DNA of 61,556 nucleotides, filler included, from Corallochytrium limacisporum Hawaii (lineage: Eukaryota; Protista; Pluriformea), in assembly GCA_002811645.1 (NCBI GenBank). It is 4 parts of 3 records of this genome, joined end to end, with 100 filler letters (N's around TTAATTAATTAA, not from the genome) between each part and the next. Parts side by side here need not be neighbours in the genome. Positions count along the whole stretch, not along the records: positions 13,293 to 31,895 come from PDIP01000109.1; positions 31,996 to 61,556 come from PDIP01000141.1; 2 more parts are not named here. One strand, given 5' to 3'. Below are positions 30,701 to 41,736 of the stretch, in pieces. The notes under the pieces are model-generated. The model saw only the letters and a list, made by a program, of their open reading frames with translations, was not told the origin of the DNA and ran no database searches. A program made the position numbers and the translations under genes. Within the stretch, counting starts at the first letter, position 1; the number at the start of each line of letters is the position of its first letter.

Positions 30701-31895
30701 AGAACCAAAGACAACAATGAAACTACCCCTCCCCCCGGGAGGGAGGGGGGGGCCAAGTGGGGAGAAAAAAGTGAGACAAAGCTGTGGCTGTTGCGTACCG
30801 ACTGGCTGTCTCTCTGCCCCAGTTGCGTGTCCATGGACGTTGAAGGGATTGTACAAAGAACTGCAAACAATCAATTAGCAGAACCCGGCGTCCCAATTAG
30901 AAAAAAAAATTGCACACAGCCTTGACGGAACTCCTTCCCTTCCCACCCCCACCCCCCTCCCGGGGGGGCTTCCTCGACTATAGCCAATTTACCCATGACC
31001 CGGGGAGGGGGAGGAGGGGGGCGGGGGGAGACTGGCTTCCGTTTCGCCCAAGCCGTACAGGGATTTTAAGTCCCCCTTTTCTTGGGTGCTAAGTCAAACA
31101 TGTGGTACGGGACATCTGAGGACTAAAAACTTTTCTCCTATGAACTTTATCTGGAGCAACACGGCACGAACAGCCACAGTGCTGATGTGACGTATCAAGC
31201 CACATGGCGGTTGTCAAAGGGCCTCCTACCCAAGACAGAAGAGTTAATGGGTAGAATCAAGTTGGTAGTCAGCCGGCTTGATTAATGGCTTTGATGAAGG
31301 GATCGTATCCACATACACCTGCGGTCAGACCAGATATCAATTGTAGTAGGCAACTTTTTGAGGTGAGATTACAAGCATGCAGCTGCCAGTCACAGTCCAT
31401 GCCTAGTTGGTCTATGCAAGGGGCTATTCTGCGGCGCTCGTGGGGTGTACAAAACACTATATATTTATGTACTGTCCATCGCTTTGGTGGGTGTGCGTGC
31501 ATATCTGTATCTTGCGTGCAAGCATATCTCATCTCTCCCACTGACTCGCACGCACAAACAGACACTCTTAAAGAGGGAAGTCTCCTCGCTCTCCCGGTGT
31601 TTTGTGGCTATGTGGCTGCGTCATCACTGGGCTTTCAAGCCTACATCTTTCCCATTGTTTGTGTCTACGTACCAGTTCCTCCTACGCTCCCACCCCCTGT
31701 CTGGCCCTCACCAATTTCCTGGAAATCACTGGGAGGGACGGTATCAAATAGGCGCGCAGAAATTCTGGGATGAAGATGGTAAGAATTTTGTTGTTTGATG
31801 CAAAAAAAAAAAAGAAAAAAAAGTCCCCCCTGACAGGGCAGAGCAGGAAACGATAGAAAAGAGTGGGGTGTGGGGAACCAGAAAGGGGGGGGGGG

Positions 31896-31995
31896 NNNNN
31901 NNNNNNNNNNNNNNNNNNNNNNNNNNNNNNNNNNNNNNNTTAATTAATTAANNNNNNNNNNNNNNNNNNNNNNNNNNNNNNNNNNNNNNNNNNNN
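31896..31995. other. Assembly gap with artificial linker, preceded by a G-run
   Basis: N-run with TTAATTAATTAA at 31940-31951. Confidence 0.95.
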
Positions 31996-32651
31996 CTCAA
32001 AAGAAGCCGATTTTATACGATTCAAACGAAGCTTTCAAACCATAATGTAAATTGTGCACTTTTTTATTGAACAGAGGTTGGTACCACATTCGCCATCGGA
32101 CCCGCCAAAGCCACAGACCAAGATGAGACCCTGCAAATTTGGGAGTCTATTTTTGTTTTAGGGGGCCTATTTATTTTCCCGCGATTTCCTGTGGGGCCTA
32201 TTTGTAAGTCCTCTCACTCTTTGCCAGTCGGCGCGAAAAGTTCAACAAACGGGGCCCCTCGACGGGCAGACAAAGGGTGAGGTAGGTAGGGATTGGTAGC
32301 GGATTGGAGGAAAACCCGGGCCATTTGCGGGCGCGAAAAGAAAAAGGGGACGGAAGCTTCAAGCGCACTGAGGGACACACACACACGCAGCGAAAGAGAG
32401 TTTGGTTCAGGAAACCTGTTGAAAGAGTGTGGTGCGTTAATGTAGTGTCGTTGTTCTTTGTTGCTTCTCGTTATGCTTTGTGTATAGATGAGCACGAAAT
32501 CAAGTTGGTATTTAACGGCATATTGAAGAAAATAAGGTGTGAGCGAAGGTACAAGGTGTGAACGAGGTGTGACCAAAGCGAAGGGTAGTGACTAACGTCC
32601 GAATCAGATCTTGCAAACTATTCACCGGTCAGACATGCGATAGAAATTTAT

Positions 32652-35600
32652 ATGAATTACCCCAACAACAGGTCGAAAAACACATTCATCATGCCCAGCA
32701 TTAGTTCCTTAGAACCCAGACACTCAACCGACGTAGTACGGTCATCGATCAGTGAAGAGGATACTGAGCAGAACGCAGTGAGCATGCGCCCCGTACCTGC
32801 CAATCAGAACAGCAATGAGATAGGCCACGAAGAAGACTACAACGAAACAGTTAGCGAGCTATCTGGGGAGGAAGAACAAATGATGCAAGTGATGCAGAAC
32901 CTGCGCGCGAGCGTCTCCAAGTCCACAACTGTCTCTCCTCATTCCGACATTGCAGCCGACAATGAGGATAAAGAAATTGGAGTGAGTCCTTCAGTCGATT
33001 CCAAATGCAACACATTGATACCTTCTGGCCGGACGCCACTGTTGGAGGCAGCATTGAACAGTTCCAGTGATGCATTGGACGCGTTGTTGAGTAACAAATT
33101 ATGTGCCAAGGATCCGGTACAGGATCTGCCAGTACATCCTCTGGGCGTCATGGGTAAACAGAACAGGGGCAACAAGCGGGATTTTCTCCGGGAACAAATC
33201 TCCAAGCGGACAAAAACAGTGCGATCTTCGTCTTTGCAGAATCATCATCCTCAAACTAGAAAGGCGGCAACGGCCCAGCGCCCATCAACCACATCTATTG
33301 CGGATGCTCTGACTTCTCGCAAACGTCCTTTCTTGCACACCAGCACGGCCGTCCCTGACGAAAAGAAACTTAAAACGGTTGCTCCCGGCACCGCTGCAGA
33401 AGTAGACACCAGTGGTGCGGTAGCTGATTTGGACAGTCTCTTGACCAGCCGCCTAGAGGAACTGAACAATTCCACCACTGTTGCATCTAGTGGGGATCAG
33501 CCACGTCTAAATGACAGGCATTACGACAAGCGGGAATGTACCGAAGATAAACAAGGAGAAAACACAGGGAAGAACAGCGACAAAAAGGATGAAGATAGAG
33601 AGACAGTAGGTGCAAAACCATTCCGTCTCGTCTACCACGACAGTGAGGACGAGGCTGACGATCAGGTAGTGATACGTGCCAAAGACACACCAAAGATGGA
33701 CGCGCCGGCTCCCCTTTTCCAGGCCTCAGCCAACGACTCTGTGGAATCTGTCGTCGGTGAAAGCGAGCACGCCAGCGTGCACCACCGTGTCACACCGCCA
33801 GCGACACGCTTGTCTAAGCGTTCGTCTACACGGACTGCTTCAGCGGTTGCCGACTCGCCAGCGGACCCAGCCTTGGATCGCCGTTTGGACCGCTTGGCTG
33901 AGCATATGAAGCTGTTGAGTGCACAGCGCCGCAGGTCCCGCCGACTGGGCCAGTCTACAAGCGTTTTCCGTAGTACACCTTCGTCGGCAACTAAAAATAC
34001 TCTGCTTACACCGGGAATGCAGAGCTCCGAGCTTGGGGAGGGCAGAAAGCGTGGGTCCTCATCTATCTCGTCTTCACCGAATGGAGGCACGGGCGCAACG
34101 AAAGTGAAGTCAGTCAAGAACGTCTCTTTCGAGGAGGACCTGACCCCGCTCAAACGCAGCATGCGGGCTGCACGGAAACACTCACATGGACAAGCGATAC
34201 CTGAGCGTAGTCCGAGTCTAAAGGAACTGGGTCTAGAGATTAGTGACACTTCCGCTTCGTCACAGGCCAGCGCTGAACAGCAGAAGAAGCTGAGCCTGGC
34301 CGCAGTTGGAATCAGTCCTGTGGCCATCTGTGACAAGAAACATTCACAGGAAGCGGAAAAGAGCAGTGAAGCAACCGGTCACGGCCCGATGAGCTCTACA
34401 CCAGTCAAGGCTCTGTCCCCAACCGCTCAGACAAGGACCACAGCAGCGGCGGCGCCCCCATCCTCCGTAAACCGCATGATGGTCGACTTGGAGACGACCG
34501 CGGAAAGCATGGACGAAGACGCATCTATGCGCGAGGGTGGCAAACAGTCACAAACACAGCCACAGAGCAACCGTCCGACGCGCAGTAGCACGCCAAATAC
34601 TTCCGTGGACTCTGATGAAGCGTCCGCGTCACTCACTCCACGCCCACCACAGCGTCAGCGCCGCAGGCGCCCGACGACAGCTATAAGTCACACCACCGTG
34701 GACGCTGCATTGCAGACTGAGGGCACCACCACGGATTCTGGAGTACAAACTTCGGACGTCGTGGTTATTACCAAGGACAGTAGTGTAACGACAGCGAAGA
34801 GTTTGGGACTGACCCCACGCTCAGCCGCGTCAGCGTCTAAAGCTGTCCTCTTGGCTGGAGATGAAGCGAGCGTGGTACAGGCTGTCTTGGCGCTGGCGAA
34901 GCGGCCTGTCACCCGCGTGCAGGGTTTACCGCTGCTAGACGCCCGCTCCTGGACCCTAGAGAACCGCAAGGGCCCGCTCAGTGCGGTCGATGTGCTTCTT
35001 GGAGACGACGGGTGGCTCAACGCACAGATTTCTTTGCCCGCACCGCGCCGTGGTGGGGGCAAACGGGCCGGTGTCAGTGCCAAAGCCAAGTTGCGTGCCG
35101 CCAAACTGGCGGCCAAAGCCAAGGCCCGAGCCCTGGTTGCCGGACAGAAGCGCAAGCAAATTGAGGCGGAACAAGTGCAACAGACAACTCACACTGCAGA
35201 CGCCGCTGACATCGATTGTCTGCTCGACCGCGCCATGCACAACGCTCCTGCAACCCCAATCCAAGCACAGCCAACTAGTGGCGCCCACAGTCGACTGCAG
35301 CGGCAGCTTATGGCCGCACCCGGACGCCTGGCGCCTCACCAGCGTCGTGCTGCGGTGCAGACGGAAACTTCTGCGACAAGCTCTGATCTGCACCTGGACC
35401 TTGGCCGCGTGGAAACTGCCAGCGAAGTATCGTCGGCAGCGGGAAGCCTTGTACACAGTCCTCGCACGCTGTTCACAGCAGACGGCGAGAGCCTCTCGCT
35501 GGGATCGCAGCAGTCCGATGCTTCGAAAACATCACCTTCGCAACGGCGCTTTGCTCTTCGCAACGCACTGATCCGCGATGCCTTTGTCGTTGAGGGCCGT

Positions 35601-36110
35601 GGGTTGCGCACCGAGAGCTCGTCCACATCCATTCCTGGGCATGGACCATTTCCAAGTGCTGCACGTGATCTGAGCGTGATGCTCCGCACCCCCCACGCCG
35701 TCTACCGTCTTCGTTGGGCGCGGAGTGTCCGAGATGAGGCCGCGTTGGGCGCCAGTAACCATGCCACTGTCCCGGGCTCCGTCACCCATGCGCATGCTAC
35801 TCTTGCCGCCCTCAGTCACCGCGAGATCCACACGGTCCGCCGAGACCTCGAATCTCTGCTCAGCAGAGCCGAAGGTCGGGGTAGTGAGTCGGAGCGCATT
35901 GATGACTTTCGGCGACGGCTGTATTCCACAACCGCGCAGTGGGGCCAAGGTCCAATGTCAGAGCCCTCGTCTACATCGTCGCATGTCTCTTCATCACGGC
36001 GCATGGAGCACCTGGCCAGAGAATTGGCGGAAGGGCCTTTGAAGCGCCGGGTGGACGATGCACCGGCCCCGGTCAGAGACGTCCTGCTGCGCCATTTGCG
36101 ACAGGACTGA
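32652..36110 (+). CDS. Large, mostly disordered Ser/Thr/Ala-rich protein of unknown function (1152 aa)
   Basis: 3.46-kb uninterrupted ORF with low-complexity composition, basic clusters, several S/T-P sites, QT motifs and a helical C-terminus; no catalytic motif recognised. Confidence 0.85.
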   Translation: MNYPNNRSKNTFIMPSISSLEPRHSTDVVRSSISEEDTEQNAVSMRPVPANQNSNEIGHEEDYNETVSELSGEEEQMMQVMQNLRASVSKSTTVSPHSDIAADNEDKEIGVSPSVDSKCNTLIPSGRTPLLEAALNSSSDALDALLSNKLCAKDPVQDLPVHPLGVMGKQNRGNKRDFLREQISKRTKTVRSSSLQNHHPQTRKAATAQRPSTTSIADALTSRKRPFLHTSTAVPDEKKLKTVAPGTAAEVDTSGAVADLDSLLTSRLEELNNSTTVASSGDQPRLNDRHYDKRECTEDKQGENTGKNSDKKDEDRETVGAKPFRLVYHDSEDEADDQVVIRAKDTPKMDAPAPLFQASANDSVESVVGESEHASVHHRVTPPATRLSKRSSTRTASAVADSPADPALDRRLDRLAEHMKLLSAQRRRSRRLGQSTSVFRSTPSSATKNTLLTPGMQSSELGEGRKRGSSSISSSPNGGTGATKVKSVKNVSFEEDLTPLKRSMRAARKHSHGQAIPERSPSLKELGLEISDTSASSQASAEQQKKLSLAAVGISPVAICDKKHSQEAEKSSEATGHGPMSSTPVKALSPTAQTRTTAAAAPPSSVNRMMVDLETTAESMDEDASMREGGKQSQTQPQSNRPTRSSTPNTSVDSDEASASLTPRPPQRQRRRRPTTAISHTTVDAALQTEGTTTDSGVQTSDVVVITKDSSVTTAKSLGLTPRSAASASKAVLLAGDEASVVQAVLALAKRPVTRVQGLPLLDARSWTLENRKGPLSAVDVLLGDDGWLNAQISLPAPRRGGGKRAGVSAKAKLRAAKLAAKAKARALVAGQKRKQIEAEQVQQTTHTADAADIDCLLDRAMHNAPATPIQAQPTSGAHSRLQRQLMAAPGRLAPHQRRAAVQTETSATSSDLHLDLGRVETASEVSSAAGSLVHSPRTLFTADGESLSLGSQQSDASKTSPSQRRFALRNALIRDAFVVEGRGLRTESSSTSIPGHGPFPSAARDLSVMLRTPHAVYRLRWARSVRDEAALGASNHATVPGSVTHAHATLAALSHREIHTVRRDLESLLSRAEGRGSESERIDDFRRRLYSTTAQWGQGPMSEPSSTSSHVSSSRRMEHLARELAEGPLKRRVDDAPAPVRDVLLRHLRQD

Positions 36111-36353
36111 AGAAGTGTTCCTATCCAAAATGACAACCCTTTGCACAAGCGAAGTACGATGACAACCCTACCCAATATTGTAAAGAAGAAACCACCTTAA
36201 ATTATAGTGGTACCACTTTGTTTAGAACTAACACAGAAGACATATTCAAGAAACTGGATTATTTAAACAATCTCTACTCCGATACTATTACCACTATCTA
36301 TGAACAATTTTCGTTTAGGTAGTCATCAGCTACCCAGCATGATACTACGACTC

Positions 36354-37589
36354 TCACTCCGCAGCCATGACCATCCTTTCCTGGTCTGCCCGCTTACGTA
36401 GGAACCGTGCCAATTGGTCCGGAAACCAAAAGTGAAGCCACGGCACCAATCGGTGCGAAACAGCATGACTCAGAATTACCGAGCTCTCGCCAGCGTGCAC
36501 AGACCGTAGACACCGTTCCGCAACGTAGTCAGGCTCAAGGCCTTTGAGCTGAGTCTCGTCCATTTTTCCGTGCTTCTGTCCATCTCCGCGCACGGCGTTC
36601 ATGGAGTGTTGGGTCTTCATGTACCCCGGGCTTGCCACACACACACGGATGCCGTCATCCCAGATTTCCTCACGGAGGGCGTCAAAATAAGCCTGCACAG
36701 CGTGCTTGGACGCCGAATAGTACGCACGGCGCGGGATTGCCACAAGACCTTGTAGGCTGCTAATAACCAGAATCCGGCCCTGTTTACAAGGATCGCTGTC
36801 ATCCGTGGTGGCCATAGATAATTTTGCTACGGCAGGAGCAGCTGCGGACGCCGACCCATTTACCGCACGTCCGCTGCAAATACGACGCATGACCTGCGCA
36901 CTGCTCTCTGGCGCATGCCGAAGCAGCGGTAGCATCAGTCGCGTCAATTCAGCAGCACCTAGGAAATTTGTGCGCAAGATCCGTTGTGCGAGATCAAAGC
37001 CGCACTCTTCCACATCAGAACGCATGCTCATGCCAGCGCAGTGTACAAGGAGTGCAATTGGAGAGTACCGGTCATCCACGCCCTTCGCACTACCGATTTC
37101 CGGCTTTGGACGACAGAGCGCAATGACACGGTCGACAAAGTTCTGCAGGTCCTGACCGTTGCCCGCAACGTCCAAGACGACCAAATGCACAGTGGGTGCG
37201 GGAGTGTTCGACAATCCATTTTCTTTGATCAGATCTCCGTCACCAGCTTGTGAAATCCCAGTACGCTTGACATGCTCCGCTACAATCATATCCCGCACTC
37301 TTTTCAGCTCCTCTATCCTTCTTGCTGCCAGAACTAGTGTACTCGCGCCCATCCTCGCTGATTCGAGCGCAATCTGTTCTCCAAGGCCTGAGGAAGCACC
37401 GGTGATAACCACTGTCCTGCCCCTAAGTGTCCAGCCCGTGCCATCGCCACTTATAGTTTTGTGCTTTGCGCCCTTGCTTATGGAATAGCTAATGATCACC
37501 CAATGCACCAGCACACCGACCACAGTTGTAGCCATGGCTAGATACAGAGGCCAGTACCGATTCGGAAGCATTGCTGACTGAGTATCCAT
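36354..37589 (-). CDS. Membrane-anchored short-chain dehydrogenase/reductase, DHRS7B-like
   Basis: N-terminal TM, TGASSGLG, LAARR (NADP preference), NFLG, SSLQG, YSASKHAVQAYFDALREE, SPGYMKT. Confidence 0.88.
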   Translation of the reverse strand: MDTQSAMLPNRYWPLYLAMATTVVGVLVHWVIISYSISKGAKHKTISGDGTGWTLRGRTVVITGASSGLGEQIALESARMGASTLVLAARRIEELKRVRDMIVAEHVKRTGISQAGDGDLIKENGLSNTPAPTVHLVVLDVAGNGQDLQNFVDRVIALCRPKPEIGSAKGVDDRYSPIALLVHCAGMSMRSDVEECGFDLAQRILRTNFLGAAELTRLMLPLLRHAPESSAQVMRRICSGRAVNGSASAAAPAVAKLSMATTDDSDPCKQGRILVISSLQGLVAIPRRAYYSASKHAVQAYFDALREEIWDDGIRVCVASPGYMKTQHSMNAVRGDGQKHGKMDETQLKGLEPDYVAERCLRSVHAGESSVILSHAVSHRLVPWLHFWFPDQLARFLRKRADQERMVMAAE

Positions 37590-39166
37590 GACGTCTATTC
37601 CCTTTGTGTGTCGCAGTGTGTGCCTGTTCTGTCGCTATCTTCTAAGTTGTAATAGCAGGCCGACCCTAGTTGTGATATAGTTGTAATCTTTGCATGTAGT
37701 TACATGGTCACAGGTCTTTTTCTATAATTTCTTAGTTAGTCGGAATTTTCGTGGAACGAACTTCTCAGGCTGTACGCTTCAGAATATTCTGATCTACATC
37801 TGTACGTTTGTTAAATACCCATTTTATCGTATGGCAGGCAGACAAAACTTCAAACTTAACTATCGAACAGGGCGCCAAACGTGCTGGTCTCTGCTGTGAC
37901 TATGAATATATTCTGACACGGGCACTGTGAGAACAAGAGGCCCCCGATTGCGACCAGAACGCTGTGGCCGGGATCGATGCACACGGTCACCGCCAAGGCA
38001 ATTTTAGAGCGGCTCCAGATGCGCAGGAGTGTGTGAGTAAGAAATGGACCGGCCGGCAAGGCGCTCTGCGAGTAGTTTTGTCTCGGTGCACGCAATTTGT
38101 GCGATACGGTCCAGCGCTGACAACCTCTTAATGGCCTTCTACGGAACGCTGCGACTGATCCGGGAATGGACCGATCGCTCAGACCGCTGTGCGAGCCCCA
38201 CGGGGCGCAAGTTGGTGTGAGGGCAGCCAGTGGCGTGCGTTTGAAATCACCTGGTGCGCCACCTGAACCCTCTCCCGGTCCACCTGTCGTGGCGGGCATA
38301 TTTCCGTCATTGCTTAACCCCGGCTGGGGTGGTCCCCGCCCCGCGGGCAAGCAGGGGGGGGGGGGGGGGGCCGGGGAGCGGAGCAGGGAAGGGGTCCGGC
38401 GCACAACAAAAGACAAACAGAACCGTCGCAGTCGCTTCGTTTGTGGGGTTGTATAAATTAGGCCCCTATTTATCCATTTCTTTTCTTTTTTCCCTCTTTC
38501 TCTTTGCCGCTTCATTTCCTTGCTCTTCTTTTTTTCTTTGGGATTTTCACGGACCCTTGGGCTGGCTTTCGGACTTTTCCTCGCTCCCCTCCCCCCCCCC
38601 TCTTTACCCAGTCGTTTCTTTCCAGTTCCCTAGTGTTTGCCCCCACCCCCCAAAGAGGGGGTCTGGCCAGTGTTCGGACTCCCGAACCGGTCCGCTTCGC
38701 CCGGGAGAGAGGACGGTGGGGGAGCGCTGCCAACTCAAAGAGTGACCCCCCCCCCGCCCCGGGGGAGAGTCAGGAATACGGCGGGCTCGGGTCAGTCGTA
38801 TAGTATGTCTCGCTGATGTGGTGGAGATGGTTGTTCTTTTGTCAATGCATTTGCGGCCTTTGTGCTTGGTTTCTTGGGACAGTTAGGTCGAGGCTCCCCA
38901 CTTTTGGGGTATTTGAGAAGAATTAACAGAAATACAGCGGTGCCAACAACGAACTGTGTGCATATTTTATGTTGAAACCCGAAGGTCTAGGTCTTGGCAG
39001 AGATCGAAGACTCACAGACCACAGTAGCGCCAAGGACGAGTAGGGTCAATGGAGAGATAGGAAATCGTACAAATTAGCCTACGGGTGATATACACAGAAG
39101 AAGAACGGCACAATCCCTACACCATTCGGACAACTTTGGTGGAAGGACCGGCTCCGGCACGTCCTA

Positions 39167-40354
39167 ATGCCCTTCTTTGACACCTTAAAGAATTTTGGGG
39201 GATCGGCCTCCCCCGTACGGGTGCCCCCTACTGAAAGCGACCCGTTATGGGTTCTTGGACAGAAATATCACTTGGATGGTGACAAAGCTGCCATGCAGCA
39301 TGATATCTGGAGCAGAATTCGATTCACCTACCGCTGTGACTTCCCCCGTATCGGTAACACTGCGCACGACACGGATGCCGGCTGGGGTTGTATGCTACGC
39401 TGTGCACAGATGCTACTAGCCCAGTCTTTGATAATCACACGCCTAAGCAGGTCTTGGCGTCTCTCCGAGGAAGGCATCTCCGAGGCAGAAGTTGACGAAT
39501 TCCATAAGTACCTAGCGATCCTGCGCGAGTTTGACGACTCGCCAACGCGACGGTACTCATTACACCGCATCGCGACGACCGGGGAGGAGTTTGATCGTCC
39601 GGTAGGAACCTGGTTTGGCCCCAACACTGCCTGTCAGGTAATTCGAAAACTGTGTAATGCGCCTGCGGACTCGGACGATGAGGCGACAGGGGCGCACGAG
39701 GCCCTCACCGAGAGCCCGGGGTTCCGTGTGGTGGTGGCCATGGATGGCATCATCTTCCGGGACGATCTGCCCTTCGTGAATGGAAACGAGAATGATAAAG
39801 ACATTGACGAACGCGATATCACCAAGCAGAGCCTTGACACCGATGGCGACGGACCCAAGAGAGCAGGAACAGAAGGGCCGGTGCTGCTCCTGGTACCAGT
39901 GCGTCTTGGACTGGACGCAATTAATGCAGAATACTGTAATAGTCTGAGCAGTTTCTTCCATCTTCCGTTCTGCGTCGGTGCTATCGGAGGCAAGCCAAAC
40001 TCGGCATACTACTTCTTCGGTGCCCACGGACAGCGGCATCTGCTCTACTTTGATCCGCACGTCATCCAAGACCGCGTGGACATGTCTGCCCTTTCCTTTA
40101 GTGATGATAGTTTCCATGACCGCAAGTACGACACAGTAAACATCCGGGACATGGATCCAAGCATTGCACTGGGCTTTATGCTATGTGATGCCAATGATGT
40201 AGAAGCACTACTTGCCTATGCAGCCGAGGACCCCACGGACGCCACCCAGCGGCCTGTCTTTAGTATTGTTGACCGGAAAGACGTCTTCAAGGGCAGCCGA
40301 GCCAATGTCGATATTGACCTCGAGGAAGAGGATGAAGAGTTTGAACTGGCATGA
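39167..40354 (+). CDS. ATG4: Autophagy cysteine protease ATG4 (peptidase C54)
   Basis: SRIRFTYR, DAGWGCMLRCAQMLLAQ (catalytic Cys), WFGP, PVRLG, IGGKPNSAYYF, YFDPH (Asp/His), MDPSIALGF and an acidic C-terminal EEFELA. Confidence 0.96.
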   Translation: MPFFDTLKNFGGSASPVRVPPTESDPLWVLGQKYHLDGDKAAMQHDIWSRIRFTYRCDFPRIGNTAHDTDAGWGCMLRCAQMLLAQSLIITRLSRSWRLSEEGISEAEVDEFHKYLAILREFDDSPTRRYSLHRIATTGEEFDRPVGTWFGPNTACQVIRKLCNAPADSDDEATGAHEALTESPGFRVVVAMDGIIFRDDLPFVNGNENDKDIDERDITKQSLDTDGDGPKRAGTEGPVLLLVPVRLGLDAINAEYCNSLSSFFHLPFCVGAIGGKPNSAYYFFGAHGQRHLLYFDPHVIQDRVDMSALSFSDDSFHDRKYDTVNIRDMDPSIALGFMLCDANDVEALLAYAAEDPTDATQRPVFSIVDRKDVFKGSRANVDIDLEEEDEEFELA

Positions 40355-40890
40355 AAGAAATGCTCGCGAGGTGATTCAAGACCGTTGTGTCATGGTGAAT
40401 TAAACGACGTTGTGGGCCTAACCATGGATGACCTGGATCCTCTTGTTTTTCTCATCCCCTCCCATTATTCGCCTAAGGCCCCCCCCTTCCTCTCCCGATC
40501 TCATCGCTTGGGCGTGCCCTACCGCTTTGCGTGTGAAGGAGGCGCTGTGGGTCGTCTACCCCCCTATTTTTGGGGCGGGGACCCCCGGGCTTCGCCGCTG
40601 AATCCACACCGCCAGCTGCAGCACCTGAAATTTCCCCTCTCCCCGGTCCTCCTCCCCCCCGCGGCGGGAGGGGGGGAGTGTGGGTTTTATTTTGGCGCTA
40701 GAGCGTTGTTGCTGCGCCGCAGTTGCGCGCCTGATACAAGTCGGCATGATACACGGGTTTTTAGATTCTTATGTAATGCCATGATCAGGTATGTATGAGT
40801 CTTAAAATGGAAAAGCAATTTGGCACCTTTACAGGACAGTCGCACGAGTGTAGTAAATTCTGCAGAACTCTGCGGCATAGAAGCTTAAAA

Positions 40891-41568
40891 ATGGCGGGAC
40901 TGAAGTCATTGTATCTGGGTTTGTACAACTGGGCCATGTTCTTCGCATGGTCCTACGTTGGTTTCCTAATGATTGAGTACATGGTTGAAAACAATGTGCA
41001 AGAGGCCAAGGATCTGCGGGGCATGTGGGCCAAGATTGGACAGGCCACGTATTACGCTCAGTTTCCTGCGTTGCTCGAGATTTTCAACGCTGTCACTGGG
41101 ATTGTCAAGACTCCCTTCATGACCACCTTCATGCAGGTCATGTCCCGGGTTGGTCACTTGTCTCTTGTTGAGATGCTGTTCCCAGAGTCTCATACTGATC
41201 CTTTCATCACTCTCATGGTTGCCTCCTGGACCCTCACTGAGGTCATCCGCTACCTTTGGTTCGCGTGGAAGGAAACCATCGGCGAGCCTCTAGACATCCA
41301 CACCAAGATCCGTTACTCCACGTTCTTGGTGCTCTACCCTACCGGCATCACCGGTGAATGGATGAGTCTGTATCACATTCTTCCCTACGCCAACCGTCTG
41401 AGCATCAAAATGCCTAACAAGTTTAACTTTGTCCTGGATGGGATGCTGCTTGCTCAGTTCATACTTTTCGTGATCTATCCTTTTGGAGCGTACACCATGT
41501 ACACACACATGCTGGCCGCCCGGAAGAAGGTCTTCAAACGCATGGCCGACAAGCAGAAGACGGCATGA
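40891..41568 (+). CDS. PHS1: Very-long-chain 3-hydroxyacyl-CoA dehydratase (HACD/PTPLA/Phs1)
   Basis: YLGLYN, TTFMQVMSR, WTLTEVIRY, RYSTFLVLYPTGITGE (catalytic Tyr/Glu), MYTHMLAARKK and a C-terminal KQKTA (KxKxx ER retrieval). ATG 40891 fits the family length; the ORF is open from 40795. Confidence 0.93.
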   Translation: MAGLKSLYLGLYNWAMFFAWSYVGFLMIEYMVENNVQEAKDLRGMWAKIGQATYYAQFPALLEIFNAVTGIVKTPFMTTFMQVMSRVGHLSLVEMLFPESHTDPFITLMVASWTLTEVIRYLWFAWKETIGEPLDIHTKIRYSTFLVLYPTGITGEWMSLYHILPYANRLSIKMPNKFNFVLDGMLLAQFILFVIYPFGAYTMYTHMLAARKKVFKRMADKQKTA

Positions 41569-41736
41569 AAGCAACGTGCAAACGGGGCGAACACTTAGAT
41601 CACTAACTTCACGTTCGTTCATACCAACAAACATAACAAATGGTGAACAATTTCAGTAAGAAATCAAAGTTAAATGTACATTGAGAAATTATGCAAGTAG
41701 TCAAGGTGAAAATTGAGCGAATACATTTGGCCTCTC

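Noticed and set aside
37856-38803. Several 100-220-aa Pro/Gly-rich ORFs in GC-rich intergenic DNA (also 17700-18500, 29900-30900, 44300-44700, 48100-48700)
   Set aside because: They arise from stop-poor C/G homopolymer regions, overlap in several frames and lack coherent protein features.
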